DNA from: a candidate division WOR-3 bacterium
GTDB lineage: Bacteria; Hydrothermota; Hydrothermia; JBDRYB01
NCBI GenBank assembly: GCA_039803205.1
Contig: JBDRYB010000012.1
Span: 1 to 49,401, forward strand
Length of the DNA stretch: 49,401 nucleotides
Reading direction: 5' to 3'
The notes under the pieces are model-generated. The model was not told the DNA's origin. It saw only the letters and a list, made by a program, of their open reading frames with translations, and did no database searches. Below, one piece after another: positions 8,750 to 19,301 of this stretch. Numbering within the stretch: position 1 is the first letter of the stretch; each line of letters begins with the position of its first letter. The translations under genes were made by a program, and so were the position numbers.

Positions 8750-9620
8750 TAAGCTCAGATATGCCTATTATCCGGGTTGTTCCCTGAAGGGTTCTGGGCG
8801 TCACTACGAGAGCTCCTTGCTCTCGGTTTTCCGCTCCCTTGGCATAGAGCTTGAAGAAATACCGGACTGGAACTGCTGCGGCGCTACGGCCTACATGTCC
8901 ATAGACGAGACGGCCGCATTCGGAATGGTGGCCAGGAACCTGGCTCTGGCGAGAAAAATGGGATATAAAGAGATAGTGGCCCCATGCGCGGCCTGCTATC
9001 TCGGGCTGAAAAAGGCCCAGTCTTATATCTCCGAGTATCCCCATATAGCGGAAAAGGTGTGTTCCGCCCTTGCCAAGACAGGCCTTGAGTGCGGGTGCTA
9101 CGATGCCCCCTTCATCATCAAGCATCCCATTGAGGTTCTAGTCTATGACTATGGCTTGGACAATCTCCGGGATAAGGTCAAGAAACCTCTAACCGGCCAC
9201 AGAATTGTTCCTTATTATGGGTGCCAGCTGACCAGACCTTTTGCGGATATGGACGATGCTTTCTACCCTACCATAATGGATAGGCTCCTGGAGGCGATTG
9301 GGGCCGAAGTGATCTCAGATTACCCTCTGAAGACCCGCTGTTGCGGGGGGTCTCTGACGGGAACGATACCTGAGGTTGGATCAAGGCTCTCCTGGCTTCT
9401 CATAAACGAAGCCAAAAACCACGGGGCGAATTATATGGTTACGGCCTGTCCTCTTTGCCAGTTCAACCTTGAGTGCTTCCAGGGAAGGATGAAGCTCTGG
9501 GAGGGCAAGACCCCCAAGTTCCCCATCCTTTATTTCACACAAGCCATAGGGATAGCCCTGGGAATTGAAAGGGCTAGTCTCGGGTTTGGCCAACTGGTCT
9601 ATAAGCCCACCATGATATGA
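8742..9620 (+). CDS. hdrB: Heterodisulfide reductase subunit B
   Basis: YYPGC, DWNCCG, C..C, YYGC, CCGG, CPLCQ.NL (two CCG domains). Confidence 0.95.
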   Translation: MPDKLRYAYYPGCSLKGSGRHYESSLLSVFRSLGIELEEIPDWNCCGATAYMSIDETAAFGMVARNLALARKMGYKEIVAPCAACYLGLKKAQSYISEYPHIAEKVCSALAKTGLECGCYDAPFIIKHPIEVLVYDYGLDNLRDKVKKPLTGHRIVPYYGCQLTRPFADMDDAFYPTIMDRLLEAIGAEVISDYPLKTRCCGGSLTGTIPEVGSRLSWLLINEAKNHGANYMVTACPLCQFNLECFQGRMKLWEGKTPKFPILYFTQAIGIALGIERASLGFGQLVYKPTMI

Positions 9621-9633
9621 AAAGGAGCAAGCG

Positions 9634-12600
9634 ATGAGCGAGAAGGGGAATGGAAAGCTACCAAGGATAGGAGTTTATATCTGCCACTGCGGACTCAATA
9701 TTGCAAATGTTGTTGATGTTGAGGCTGTTGCTGAGTTCGCTGGCAAACTACCCGGCGTTGTGGTCGCCAAGGCTTACAAATACATGTGCTCTGACCCTGG
9801 CCTTGAGATGATCAAGGCCGACATCAAGGAACAAAACCTTGAGCGCGTTGTTGTGGCGTCGTGCTCACCGCTTCTACACGAGCAAACCTTCCGTCGTGCC
9901 ATACAAGAAGGCGGCATTCTGAACCCTTATCTTTATACGCATGTGAACATCCGTGAGCATGTCTCGTGGGTTCACGCTTCCGAGCCCGCCAAGGCAACCG
10001 AGAAGGCAAAGGCCTTGGTTGCCGCGGCCGTGCGTCGCGTCTCCGCACACAAACCCCTTGAGCGCAAGCGCGTTGATGTGAACCCGGATGTCCTGGTTTT
10101 GGGTGGGGGTATAGCCGGGATCCAAGCTTCTCTGGTCCTCGCTGATTCCGGCAAAAAGGTCTACCTCGTGGAACGGGAACCATCCATTGGCGGCCACATG
10201 GCTAAGTTTGACAAGACCTTCCCAACTCTTGACTGTGCCGCATGCATACTGACCCCTAAGATGGCACAGGTGGGCAACCATCCCAACATTGAGCTCCTGA
10301 CCTACTCGGAGCTCAAAGAAATTGAGGGTTATGTGGGTAACTTCAAGGCAAAGGTTCTCAAGAAATCTAGACACCTCTACCTTGAGAAGTGCACAGCTTG
10401 CGGGGAATGCGCGAAGGTGTGTCCGGTTGAGATACCATCAGCCTTTGATGAGAACCTCGCTAAGAGAAAGGCCACATACAGGCCGTTCCCTCAGGCAGTC
10501 CCCAACAAGTTCGTGATAGAACGCCTTGGTTATCCACCGTGCCAGGCCGCTTGCCCCATCCATCAGAATGCCTATGGATATATGATGATGGTGAAGGAGG
10601 GCAAGTTCGCTGAGGCGCTTGAGGTCGTCCTCAGGGATAATCCTTTGCCTTCCTTGTGCGGATGGGTTTGCACACATCCGTGCACGGACACCTGCACGAG
10701 GGGAAAGGTTGATGCTCCTCTTAACATGCCGGGGATCAAGAGATTTATAGCGGATCACGCAGGAGATTTCGCGCTCCCAATGCCCAAGGACTTCAAGGAA
10801 AACGGAAAGAAGGTCGCGGTAATTGGAGGAGGCCCTGCAGGTCTTACGGCGGCATACGAGCTCAGAAAAAGAGGATACCAGGTTACGATTTACGAAGCAG
10901 CTGGAACCCTCGGTGGCATGCCTGCCATTACCATACCTGACTACCGACTCCCTAAGGATGTCCTAAAGAAGGATACGGATAGGATAGCTGCAACTGGGAT
11001 AGAGGTCAGGCTGAACACAGCCCTAGGCAAGGATGTTAGCCTTTCCGAGATAACCAAGCAATATTCTGCTGTCTTTATCGCTGTGGGTGCCTCAAAAAAC
11101 AGGCGACTCGGCGTTCCGGGCGAGGACAACAGCTGGGTCTTGCCCGGCCTGGAATTCCTCGGAAGGGTCAACTCCGGCGAGAGACCCAATTTGGGGAGAA
11201 GGGTCGTAGTAATAGGGGGCGGCCTCGTTGCTGTGGACGCGGCGAGAACAGCAGTTAGGCTCGGCGCGAATGTGACTCTCGTATGCATAGAGAGTTGGGA
11301 GGAGATGTTCGCGAGGAGAACATCAGAGGGCCAGAAAGAAGTTGAGCAGATGAAGGCTGAAGGGGTTGAGGTCCTAACTCGCTGGGGACCCAAGGAGTTC
11401 AAATCCGGAGGCATTGAACTCAAATCCGTCATCAGAGTCTTTGACGAATCCGGAAGGTTCTCACCCCAATACGATGAAACCAAGACTCGTTTCCTTGAGT
11501 GCGATACCGCTATCGTGGCTATAGGTCAGGCTCCTGATTCCGATCTCTTCAAGAGCCAGGGGCTTTCCGTGACCAGCTGGGGTGGGCTTGATGTTGATCC
11601 TGTGACACTTCAAACCAACATAGAGAATGTGTTTGCTGGAGGAGATGTTCTCGGGCCGGATGTGGTGGTCACGGCTATGATGGCTGGCAAGAAGGCCGCT
11701 GAATCCATAGATAGGTTCCTGAACGGTAGAGATCTTTACGAGGGCAGAGAGTTGGAGGGTCCTTTTGAGGGCGTAGCGAGGCCCATGGATCTAGAAAGGG
11801 TTGAGAGGAAACCTGCCATACGCATGCCGGAGCGGGAACCATCCGTGAGGATCAAGGACTTCGCTGATGTGCACTCCACATACTCCCCTGAGGACGCTCA
11901 GAAGGAGGCATCCAGATGCTTGATGTGTTCAATATGTTGTGATTGTCAACTGTGCAAGCCCGCATGTCCTGTTGAAGGATGCATAGATTACAGCATCCCT
12001 GACGAGGAGATAGAGCTGAATGTTGGAGCAGTGGTAGTGGCAACCGGTTTCAAGATCTTTGATCCCAAACGGATACCTTCCTATGGTTACGGAAAATACC
12101 CGGAGGTCTATACATCCCTCGAAATAGAGCGGCTCGTCAATTCATCTGGGCCAACCGAGGGCAAGCTAGTGATGAAGAACGGTCAGCCCCCCAAGTCCGT
12201 CGCCATAGTTCACTGCGTAGGTTCCAGAGACAAGAACTACAATGAATACTGCTCACGCGTTTGCTGCATGTATTCATTGAAACTTGCCCATCTGGTTCAC
12301 GAACGCACGGGCGCGGAAGTGTATAACTTCTATATAGACATGCGGACCCCTGGAAAAGGATATGAGGAGTTCTATCACAAACTCCTGGATGAAGGCATTC
12401 ACTTTATCAGGGGGCGTGTAGCTGAGATCACGGATTGGGCAATAGAACCCTCTGAGAAGGGCAAGCTCGTGGTCAGGGTCGAGGATACCATGGCTGGAAT
12501 GGTGCGTAGGATCCCGGTTGACATGGTAATTCTCTCGGTTGGGCTCGAGCCACAGCCTGATGCTCAGGACATCAGGCGTCTCCTTAAGCTCTCGTGCTCA

Positions 12601-13017
12601 TCTGAGGGCTTTTTCCTGGAGCGCCATCCCAAGCTCGCGCCGGTCTCAACGGTCACAGCTGGTATATACATAGCGGGTGCTTGTCAGGGGCCCAAGGACA
12701 TCCCTGACACTGTCGCTCAGGCAGGAGCGGCTGCCGGCGAGGTTCTCGCTATGGTTGACAGGGGTTATATTGAGCTTGAGCCCATAAAAGCCCACATAGA
12801 CGCTGAGGATTGCTCTGGTTGCAAGATGTGCAATGGGCTCTGCCCATACGACGCGATAACATACGATAAGGAAAGGAAGGTCTCGGAGATCAATGAGGTC
12901 CTATGTGAGGGTTGTGGCACATGCGTTGCCGCTTGTCCTTCCGGGGCGATCGATCAGGACCTCTTTGAAAACCAAGAGCTCCTTTACGAGATAGAAGGAG
13001 TGTTAAAGTATGTATGA
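9634..13017 (+). CDS. hdrA: Heterodisulfide reductase subunit A, large HdrL-type with inserted GltD-like FAD/NAD-binding module
   Basis: GVYICHCG.NI, GGGIAG, KTFPTLDCAAC, CVGSRD..YCSRVCC, QGPKDIP and C-terminal ferredoxin; internal CQAACP/CG.VC..PC...C, GGGPAG, GGGLVA and FAGGD motifs. Confidence 0.92.
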   Translation: MSEKGNGKLPRIGVYICHCGLNIANVVDVEAVAEFAGKLPGVVVAKAYKYMCSDPGLEMIKADIKEQNLERVVVASCSPLLHEQTFRRAIQEGGILNPYLYTHVNIREHVSWVHASEPAKATEKAKALVAAAVRRVSAHKPLERKRVDVNPDVLVLGGGIAGIQASLVLADSGKKVYLVEREPSIGGHMAKFDKTFPTLDCAACILTPKMAQVGNHPNIELLTYSELKEIEGYVGNFKAKVLKKSRHLYLEKCTACGECAKVCPVEIPSAFDENLAKRKATYRPFPQAVPNKFVIERLGYPPCQAACPIHQNAYGYMMMVKEGKFAEALEVVLRDNPLPSLCGWVCTHPCTDTCTRGKVDAPLNMPGIKRFIADHAGDFALPMPKDFKENGKKVAVIGGGPAGLTAAYELRKRGYQVTIYEAAGTLGGMPAITIPDYRLPKDVLKKDTDRIAATGIEVRLNTALGKDVSLSEITKQYSAVFIAVGASKNRRLGVPGEDNSWVLPGLEFLGRVNSGERPNLGRRVVVIGGGLVAVDAARTAVRLGANVTLVCIESWEEMFARRTSEGQKEVEQMKAEGVEVLTRWGPKEFKSGGIELKSVIRVFDESGRFSPQYDETKTRFLECDTAIVAIGQAPDSDLFKSQGLSVTSWGGLDVDPVTLQTNIENVFAGGDVLGPDVVVTAMMAGKKAAESIDRFLNGRDLYEGRELEGPFEGVARPMDLERVERKPAIRMPEREPSVRIKDFADVHSTYSPEDAQKEASRCLMCSICCDCQLCKPACPVEGCIDYSIPDEEIELNVGAVVVATGFKIFDPKRIPSYGYGKYPEVYTSLEIERLVNSSGPTEGKLVMKNGQPPKSVAIVHCVGSRDKNYNEYCSRVCCMYSLKLAHLVHERTGAEVYNFYIDMRTPGKGYEEFYHKLLDEGIHFIRGRVAEITDWAIEPSEKGKLVVRVEDTMAGMVRRIPVDMVILSVGLEPQPDAQDIRRLLKLSCSSEGFFLERHPKLAPVSTVTAGIYIAGACQGPKDIPDTVAQAGAAAGEVLAMVDRGYIELEPIKAHIDAEDCSGCKMCNGLCPYDAITYDKERKVSEINEVLCEGCGTCVAACPSGAIDQDLFENQELLYEIEGVLKYV

Positions 13018-13453
13018 GCCAAAGATAGTGGCCTTTTTCTGCAACTGGTGCACCTACACGGGCGCTGACCTCGCTGGGGTTTCCCGCATGCAATACGCGC
13101 CCAATGTTAGGATCATCAGGGTGATGTGCTCGGGAAGGGTGGACCCCGAGCTTGTTATGAAGGCCTTTGCTGAGGGCGCTGATGGGGTCCTCATCGGAGG
13201 CTGTCATCCGGGGGACTGCCATTACCAGTCTGGGAACCACAAGACCTTCAGGAGATACAAGTTCCTGAAGGCGATCCTGCCTCAATATGGCCTGGACCCT
13301 GAGCGTCTTCACCTTGAGTGGATATCTGCCTCAGAGGGCGACAAGGTAAGGGACACGGTTAACTCTTTCACTGAGAAGATAAGGAACTTGGGCCCTTCCA
13401 CCGTAAGGGAGACCCTGAACGCCCTCAGAACAGAGGAGGTTAGCCATGGCTGA
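13010..13453 (+). CDS. mvhD: [2Fe-2S] adaptor subunit MvhD
   Basis: FFCNWC.Y.GAD.AG, RVMCSGRVD, GCHPGDCHY, WISASEG. Confidence 0.95.
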   Translation: MYEPKIVAFFCNWCTYTGADLAGVSRMQYAPNVRIIRVMCSGRVDPELVMKAFAEGADGVLIGGCHPGDCHYQSGNHKTFRRYKFLKAILPQYGLDPERLHLEWISASEGDKVRDTVNSFTEKIRNLGPSTVRETLNALRTEEVSHG

Positions 13454-14486
13454 GAAGCCCTGGGTTGCTTTCTATTGGTGCGGAAGCTGCGGAGGTTGCG
13501 AGGAGGCAGTGGTTGACCTGGCGGAGAAGATCCTTGATGTCGTGAACGCGGTCAACATTGGCTTTTGGCCAGTTGCCCTTGACTTCAAGAAGTCCGATGT
13601 TGAGGAGAAGCCGGATGGGTTCTTCGCTGTCTCCTTCATAAACGGGACCATTGAATCCGATGAGCACAGGGAAATGGTTGAGCTCCTGAGGCGCAAGTCC
13701 GGCCTCGTCGTGGCCTTTGGCTCCTGCTCGCACATGGGCGGGATACCGAGCCTGAGGAACCTTTATGATGTGAATGACTGCGTGGACTATGCCTACAGGA
13801 AAACGGTCTCCACGGTGAATCCAGAGGGAACGATTCCTCTTCCCCGCTACAAGCATCCCTCGGGCCACGAGACCACAACCATGAACCTTGAGCCAACGGG
13901 TAAGGCCCTTGACCAGGTGATAGATGTGGATTATTATCTGCCCGGTTGCTCTGTCCCGAAGCACCTCATTCTTGACGCTGTGATGGCTATTCTCAGCGGC
14001 AACTTGCCGCCCAAGGGCTCTGTCCTCTCGCCCTCTAAGGCACTCTGCTCTGTCTGCCCTCGTCAGGAGACAAAGCCTGAGAAGATGCAGATCAAAGACA
14101 TAAAGCGCCATCACCTCTCAGAAGACGATGGGACCTGCTTCAACGCGCAGGGCATGATATGCATGGGGCCAGCAACCCGGTCAGGGTGCGGAGACCCAGC
14201 GAAGGACAACGCCCCACGCTGCATCCTGGTCAATATGCCTTGCCACGGGTGCTTTGGCCCCCCTGACGGAACCCTGGATCAAGGCATGGCCATGCTATCT
14301 GCTATAGCGTCCGGCCTGGACTATACCCCTGATGAGGAAGCAGAAATAGACAGGATAATAAAGAAGATAGGCGACCTCGCCGGGACATTTTACATGTTCA
14401 GCACAGCGAAGTCCCTGATCCACGGAAGGCCCGCCGGCGAGGGGGTGAAGAAGCCGGTTGAGGTTCCAAAGGAAGGAGGTGCATGA
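13446..14486 (+). CDS. mvhG: Group 3c [NiFe] hydrogenase small subunit
   Basis: W..SCGGC, FGSC..GG, PGC, C..CP, C.GP.T..GC, PC.GC.GP. Confidence 0.92.
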   Translation: MAEKPWVAFYWCGSCGGCEEAVVDLAEKILDVVNAVNIGFWPVALDFKKSDVEEKPDGFFAVSFINGTIESDEHREMVELLRRKSGLVVAFGSCSHMGGIPSLRNLYDVNDCVDYAYRKTVSTVNPEGTIPLPRYKHPSGHETTTMNLEPTGKALDQVIDVDYYLPGCSVPKHLILDAVMAILSGNLPPKGSVLSPSKALCSVCPRQETKPEKMQIKDIKRHHLSEDDGTCFNAQGMICMGPATRSGCGDPAKDNAPRCILVNMPCHGCFGPPDGTLDQGMAMLSAIASGLDYTPDEEAEIDRIIKKIGDLAGTFYMFSTAKSLIHGRPAGEGVKKPVEVPKEGGA

Positions 14487-15952
14487 TGGCAAAGAAGGTA
14501 ACCGTAGATCCCATAACCCGTCTTGAGGGCCACGGAAAGATTGAGATATTCCTTGATGATTCGGGGAATGTTGAGCACGCTTACTTCGTGATACCCGAGT
14601 TTCGCGGCTTCGAGAGGTTCTCGGTGGGGCGCAAGGTTGAGGACATGCCCTGGATAACCCCTCGCCTCTGCGGCGTTTGTCCAACCGCTCACCACATGGC
14701 CTCCGCTAAAACCTGCGACGCCGTTTATAAGGTAACTCCTCCCCTCCCAGCCATAAAGATCCGCCGTCTCTTCTACAACATGTTCATGTTTGAGGACCAC
14801 CTCATCCACTTCTACTATCTAGGCGGCCCTGACTTCGTGGTTGGACCGACCGCGCCCAAGGCCGAGCGAAACATCCTAGGCGTCATAGGCAAGGTAGGCC
14901 TGGAGGTGGCTGGCCAGCTCATCGCCATGCGCAAGGAGGTCCGGCAGCTCATGGAGGATATTGGCGGAAGGGTTATTCACCCGGTCTTCGCTATAGCCGG
15001 CGGCATAACGAAGCCTCTTGACAAGGACATAGTGGAGCGACTCAAGGTCATGGCCGAACACGCGGTTGGTTTCGCGGAGTTCACCATAAAGGTCTTTCAC
15101 GATGTTGTCCTCGGGAACAAGGAGTATGTGGACATCATCCTCAACGGCCCATATTACTCCGTGACCAACCACATGGGCATGGTTGATGAGAACAACAAGG
15201 TTGAGTTCTACGATGGGCCCATAAGGGTTGTGGACACCAAGGGCAAGGAGCTCTACAAGTTCCAGCACCACGAATACACGGAATACATAGGCGAGCATGT
15301 TGAGCCGTGGACATGGATGAAGTTCCCCTATCTCAAGAAGCTCGGCTGGAAGGGGTTCGTTGACGGCGAGGGCACATCCCTGTATCGGGTTGCCCCACTC
15401 GCTAGGCTCAATGCATCAGACGGCATGAGAACCCCTAAGGCCCAGGAGGAATATGAGAAGCTGTATGAGACCCTGGGCGGCAAGCCTGCCCAGCACTCCT
15501 TGGCTTTCCACTGGGCGCGCGTGATAGAGGTCATGCAGGCCGCTGAGGAGATGGTCGCCCTATCCAACGATCCGGACATCCTGGACCCGAATGTGAGGAC
15601 TATACCGACCGAGACCCCATCCGAGGGCGTTGGTATAATAGAAGCGCCCCGCGGGACCCTCATCCACCACTACAAGACGGACCAGAACGGCATAGTTGAG
15701 GAGGCCAACCTCATAGTCGCGACCGCGCACAACGAGGCTGTCATCGCCATGGAAATAGACAAGGCCGCCAAGGCCTTCATAAAGAACGGAAAGGTTGACG
15801 ACGGCCTCCTAAACATGGTTGAAATGGCATTCAGGCCATACGACCCCTGCCACGCTTGCTCAACCCACTCCCTGCCCGGCCAGATGCCCCTCGTGATAAC
15901 CATAAGGAGAAGCTCAACAGGAGAGGTCCTTGATGTGATAAAGAGGGACTGA
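14483..15952 (+). CDS. mvhA: Group 3c [NiFe] hydrogenase large subunit
   Basis: TRLEGH, L1 RLCGVC...HH, EAPRG, L2 RPYDPCHACSTH followed by a cleavable C-terminal extension. Confidence 0.95.
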   Translation: MMAKKVTVDPITRLEGHGKIEIFLDDSGNVEHAYFVIPEFRGFERFSVGRKVEDMPWITPRLCGVCPTAHHMASAKTCDAVYKVTPPLPAIKIRRLFYNMFMFEDHLIHFYYLGGPDFVVGPTAPKAERNILGVIGKVGLEVAGQLIAMRKEVRQLMEDIGGRVIHPVFAIAGGITKPLDKDIVERLKVMAEHAVGFAEFTIKVFHDVVLGNKEYVDIILNGPYYSVTNHMGMVDENNKVEFYDGPIRVVDTKGKELYKFQHHEYTEYIGEHVEPWTWMKFPYLKKLGWKGFVDGEGTSLYRVAPLARLNASDGMRTPKAQEEYEKLYETLGGKPAQHSLAFHWARVIEVMQAAEEMVALSNDPDILDPNVRTIPTETPSEGVGIIEAPRGTLIHHYKTDQNGIVEEANLIVATAHNEAVIAMEIDKAAKAFIKNGKVDDGLLNMVEMAFRPYDPCHACSTHSLPGQMPLVITIRRSSTGEVLDVIKRD

Positions 15953-15979
15953 CCCAACCAAATCATTTCCTAATCCTCC

Positions 15980-16009
15980 ACCCCGGCGATTCCCCTCGCC
16001 GGGGTTTTT
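15980..16009 (+). terminator. Rho-independent terminator of the hdr-mvh operon
   Basis: ACCCCGGCGA-TTCCCC-TCGCCGGGGT perfect 10-bp stem followed by a T run. Confidence 0.85.
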
Positions 16010-16025
16010 GATCCGGGATAACGAA

Positions 16026-16055
16026 TTGCCTAGCTTCGTAGCAATGCCTTAAAAT
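16026..16055 (+). promoter_or_regulatory. Promoter for a leaderless fic transcript
   Basis: TTGCCT-18 bp-TAAAAT, 6 nt before GTG 16062; no SD. Confidence 0.6.
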
Positions 16056-16061
16056 TATCCC

Positions 16062-17096
16062 GTGTTCAAGCCTATCTTTACCCTAACCCCCTCGGTTGTT
16101 GACAATCTCCTCGCTATTGAGCGGGTGAGGGGCTTCCTTGAAGCGCTCACCATGCGAGAGCACATATTGGCTGAGATGCAGGCTGAAGCCCTCATCCGTG
16201 ATGTCCACGCTTCAACGCATATTGAGGGAACGCAGTTGACACTTGAGGAAACAAGGGCAATACTTGAGGGCAAGGAGGTGGAAGGCGCTTCAAAAAGGGA
16301 TGTTAAGGAGGTCATCAACTACCGCAAGGCTCTAGATTTCGCCGCTGAGCACCTGAACTCCCCTGAGGCGATAACCGAGGACCTGATAAAGGAGCTCCAC
16401 GCCATAGTCACAGATGGGTTTCCCGAGGCAAGGCCAGGCCAATACCGAAAGGTTCAGAACTACATAATCAGCTCGGAGACGAACGAGGTCATCTACACCC
16501 CTCCGCCGCACTACGAGGTTCCATACATGATGAAGGACATGGTTGAATGGCTAAATACCCAGGAGGAGCTCTCGCCAATACTCGTTAGCGGCGTGGCCCA
16601 GTTTCAGCTTGTCCACATACACCCCTTTGTTGACGGGAACGGCCGGACAGCGAGGGTTCTCGCTACACTGATACTATACAAGACCGGCTACGACTTCAAG
16701 CGCCTGTTCGCGCTCTCTGAATACTATGACAGGGACAGAAAGAGATACTACAGGGCATTGCAGTTGGTCAGAAAATACGACATGGACATGACTCCATGGC
16801 TTGAATACTTCACGGAGGGACTCAGATCCCAGCTGCTTGAGGTCCGCAAGAGAGGGCTTGAGTTCATTCGGGACTCAATAGTCGCGGAGCACCTCTCCGG
16901 TTTCCACCTTAACGAGAGGCAAAAAACCTGCATCCGTTATCTTGAGGAGCGAGGACACATCACCAGGTCTGAGTATGCTGAGCTAACTGGCGCATCGCTG
17001 AGAACAGCGAACTATGACCTCAGGGAGCTTGAGGACGCCGGCCTGGTCAAGCGCGTGGGGGCCGGAAGGTCAACGAGGTATATTTTGAATCTGTAG
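16062..17096 (+). CDS. Fic family protein with C-terminal HTH
   Basis: HPFVDGNGRTAR catalytic motif; STHIEG autoinhibitory motif; C-terminal wHTH (RTANYDL..L...GL....G.GRSTRY). Confidence 0.92.
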   Translation: MFKPIFTLTPSVVDNLLAIERVRGFLEALTMREHILAEMQAEALIRDVHASTHIEGTQLTLEETRAILEGKEVEGASKRDVKEVINYRKALDFAAEHLNSPEAITEDLIKELHAIVTDGFPEARPGQYRKVQNYIISSETNEVIYTPPPHYEVPYMMKDMVEWLNTQEELSPILVSGVAQFQLVHIHPFVDGNGRTARVLATLILYKTGYDFKRLFALSEYYDRDRKRYYRALQLVRKYDMDMTPWLEYFTEGLRSQLLEVRKRGLEFIRDSIVAEHLSGFHLNERQKTCIRYLEERGHITRSEYAELTGASLRTANYDLRELEDAGLVKRVGAGRSTRYILNL

Positions 17097-17144
17097 GGTT
17101 CTATTCAAGAATCGGGCATATCCTCAAGCCTCTTCTTTTCAGGA

Positions 17145-19301
17145 CTACACGAGCGCGAACAGGAACATGAGAAGATAGGCAGAAATGAGAAAAGCCTCGG
17201 GACGCATCAATCCCATCCACCACAAACCCGCCAAACCAAGAGCAGAAATGAAAACCATTATGACGCTGATCCACTTGGCCGCGTTTGATCTCCATGCTAT
17301 TTTCCTGGCAAGCGGAATTGCTGAAAGATCCTCCCCGAGGATCGCGGTTGTCCCGGCCTCCAGATCTATCCAGTCATCCGAAATCGCTATTCCCCAATAG
17401 GACTTTCTCAGAAGGTCATGCCTGTGCGGGAGATCATCAAAATAAGCAACTCGCCCGCCTTTCCTCAAGAGAACCGCTAGAACCTGTGATTTGCCCTCGG
17501 GCACAGCCTCGGGATAGACCTCCTCTATTCCCCAGCTCTTTGCCCAGAACGCGGCTGTTGCTTTTGAAGCGGAGCTCATCATGACCTTCCTCTTCCACGC
17601 TTTCATGAGTTCGGAGACCCCGGGCCTGGGTTTTCGCTCAAAGATTATCGCGCCCTGTGGCCCTTCTGATTCCAAAAACACAGGAAATAGTCCCTCATCC
17701 TCTCCTAAAACAGGGTATGGCTGGTCCACGAACCTGATGTTCCCAAAACGCAGGGGAACACCACCGACCACGCCCGTAACCCCCATTTCTATATGGTGGG
17801 TTCTCTGCTCAGCGGAGAACTCCGCGGGACCAAAAGCCCTTGATAGCTTTGAAAAGAGGCCGTGTTCAAGCGAAGAGGCTATCCCGATGAGATCGGGGGA
17901 ACCCTCAATGCCCCGAATCTTGTAATTGCCAAGCGCGGAACCAAGGGGAACCAAAAGGGTGTTTGTTCTCGCAATCCTGTGGAGGTTCTCAGCGGCCTTG
18001 AAGATTATCCCATTCTCAAATCCTTTCCTTACCCCCCTGAGCCTGTGCCATTCGGTCGCCAGCATGAGGGCCTGCGGAAGGGGCATGGCAGAAATAGTGA
18101 GAAGTCCGGGCCAAAAAAACCATGCCCCAACCAAAGAAGCCAGCAGGAGCCCATAGGCAAATGTAATGAGCGTAATGTAGGCCTTGGAGGTGCTCCCTGA
18201 GGCAAAGGCCTCTTCGGCCAAAAGAAGCGTCTTAACGGGGCGAGAATCCGCGAATCTCTGGGTTGCTCTGAGCTTGATCCAGCCGGACTCAAGCCTCGTG
18301 GTTGCAGAGAGCCTCGCTCCGACCGAGACAGGACTGCCATCTATTATTCCGCTTCCTTCAATAACGATCCCATCCAGAGGGACCCTTTCTCCTTTATTCA
18401 CAACGAGCGTTTCGCCCTTCTCAAGCTCATCAACCGAGACCTCAATCGCCCTCCCTCCCCTCAAAACCCTCGCAAGCGGTGAGAGCCTTGAGACTATCTC
18501 GGTGATGTTCTTGCTCATCCTGAATGAAACGAGTCCCTCAAAAAACTCCCAAGCGTAAATCAGGAGAATGACAAGGCTTGCGGTGGTGAAGCTCGGCATC
18601 CCCCCGGAAAAAAGCATCCATACCCCATGCCCAAAAAGGGAAACGGCCACCAGAATGCCCAAGAGAGCAGTATCCAAAAATCCCCTGAACAGAGAGGTTA
18701 TGGCCCTTCGGATTATCGGCAAACACGGCCAAAGAAGGCACACGAGGCAGAGTATGCCAGCGAGCCGGAACCTGAGAAAGTATTCGGAAACCGCGATGCC
18801 TACAGTCAGCATAAAGGCTAGCGATAGCCTCCTGAGGAGAAGAGCGCGATCTTTGGATTCACGATCCCTGATGAAAGCGAGGGCAGAGGTTTCTGTGGCG
18901 GAAAAACCCTTCTCCAATAAGGTCTTCTTTATAAGCCTGGGGTCAAAGGTGTTCCTATCGTATTTTACGAAAAGGAGCCTTGAAAGGGGGTTGAACTTTA
19001 CATCCTTCACTCCATTGAAGCCCAGAAACCTTCGCCTTATCCAGGCGCCAGCGAAAAGAGAAACGCCAGGGCTGATAAAGAATGAGGCCCTCTGATACTG
19101 CGGATGAAGCCCGAGGCTCTCCATCGCGGTTATTAGCATCTCAGGCGAGAATCCATCATCAACCAGGGCTGTTAATCTTCTGTGGTCCGGCTCCACGACC
19201 GCTTCCCTTATGCCGGGGAAACGAGCCAAACGAACCGCAACTTCGCCAGCTACAACCGAATCCACCGGAGAGGATAAGATGTATTCAAGACGCTTGGGCA
19301 T
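17145..19301 (-). CDS. Degenerate heavy-metal P1B-type ATPase homologue lacking catalytic motifs
   Basis: Two HMA-like N-domains, TM region, A-domain GERVPLDG.VIEG, GIIFK.AE.L and HAD-like C-terminus; DKTGT, TGES, CPx, GDGxND and CxxC are all absent. Confidence 0.75.
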   Translation of the reverse strand: MPKRLEYILSSPVDSVVAGEVAVRLARFPGIREAVVEPDHRRLTALVDDGFSPEMLITAMESLGLHPQYQRASFFISPGVSLFAGAWIRRRFLGFNGVKDVKFNPLSRLLFVKYDRNTFDPRLIKKTLLEKGFSATETSALAFIRDRESKDRALLLRRLSLAFMLTVGIAVSEYFLRFRLAGILCLVCLLWPCLPIIRRAITSLFRGFLDTALLGILVAVSLFGHGVWMLFSGGMPSFTTASLVILLIYAWEFFEGLVSFRMSKNITEIVSRLSPLARVLRGGRAIEVSVDELEKGETLVVNKGERVPLDGIVIEGSGIIDGSPVSVGARLSATTRLESGWIKLRATQRFADSRPVKTLLLAEEAFASGSTSKAYITLITFAYGLLLASLVGAWFFWPGLLTISAMPLPQALMLATEWHRLRGVRKGFENGIIFKAAENLHRIARTNTLLVPLGSALGNYKIRGIEGSPDLIGIASSLEHGLFSKLSRAFGPAEFSAEQRTHHIEMGVTGVVGGVPLRFGNIRFVDQPYPVLGEDEGLFPVFLESEGPQGAIIFERKPRPGVSELMKAWKRKVMMSSASKATAAFWAKSWGIEEVYPEAVPEGKSQVLAVLLRKGGRVAYFDDLPHRHDLLRKSYWGIAISDDWIDLEAGTTAILGEDLSAIPLARKIAWRSNAAKWISVIMVFISALGLAGLWWMGLMRPEAFLISAYLLMFLFALV

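Noticed and set aside
9634..15952. Selenocysteine recoding in HdrA, MvhD or MvhA
   Set aside because: All relevant positions are Cys codons and the ORFs contain no in-frame TGA.
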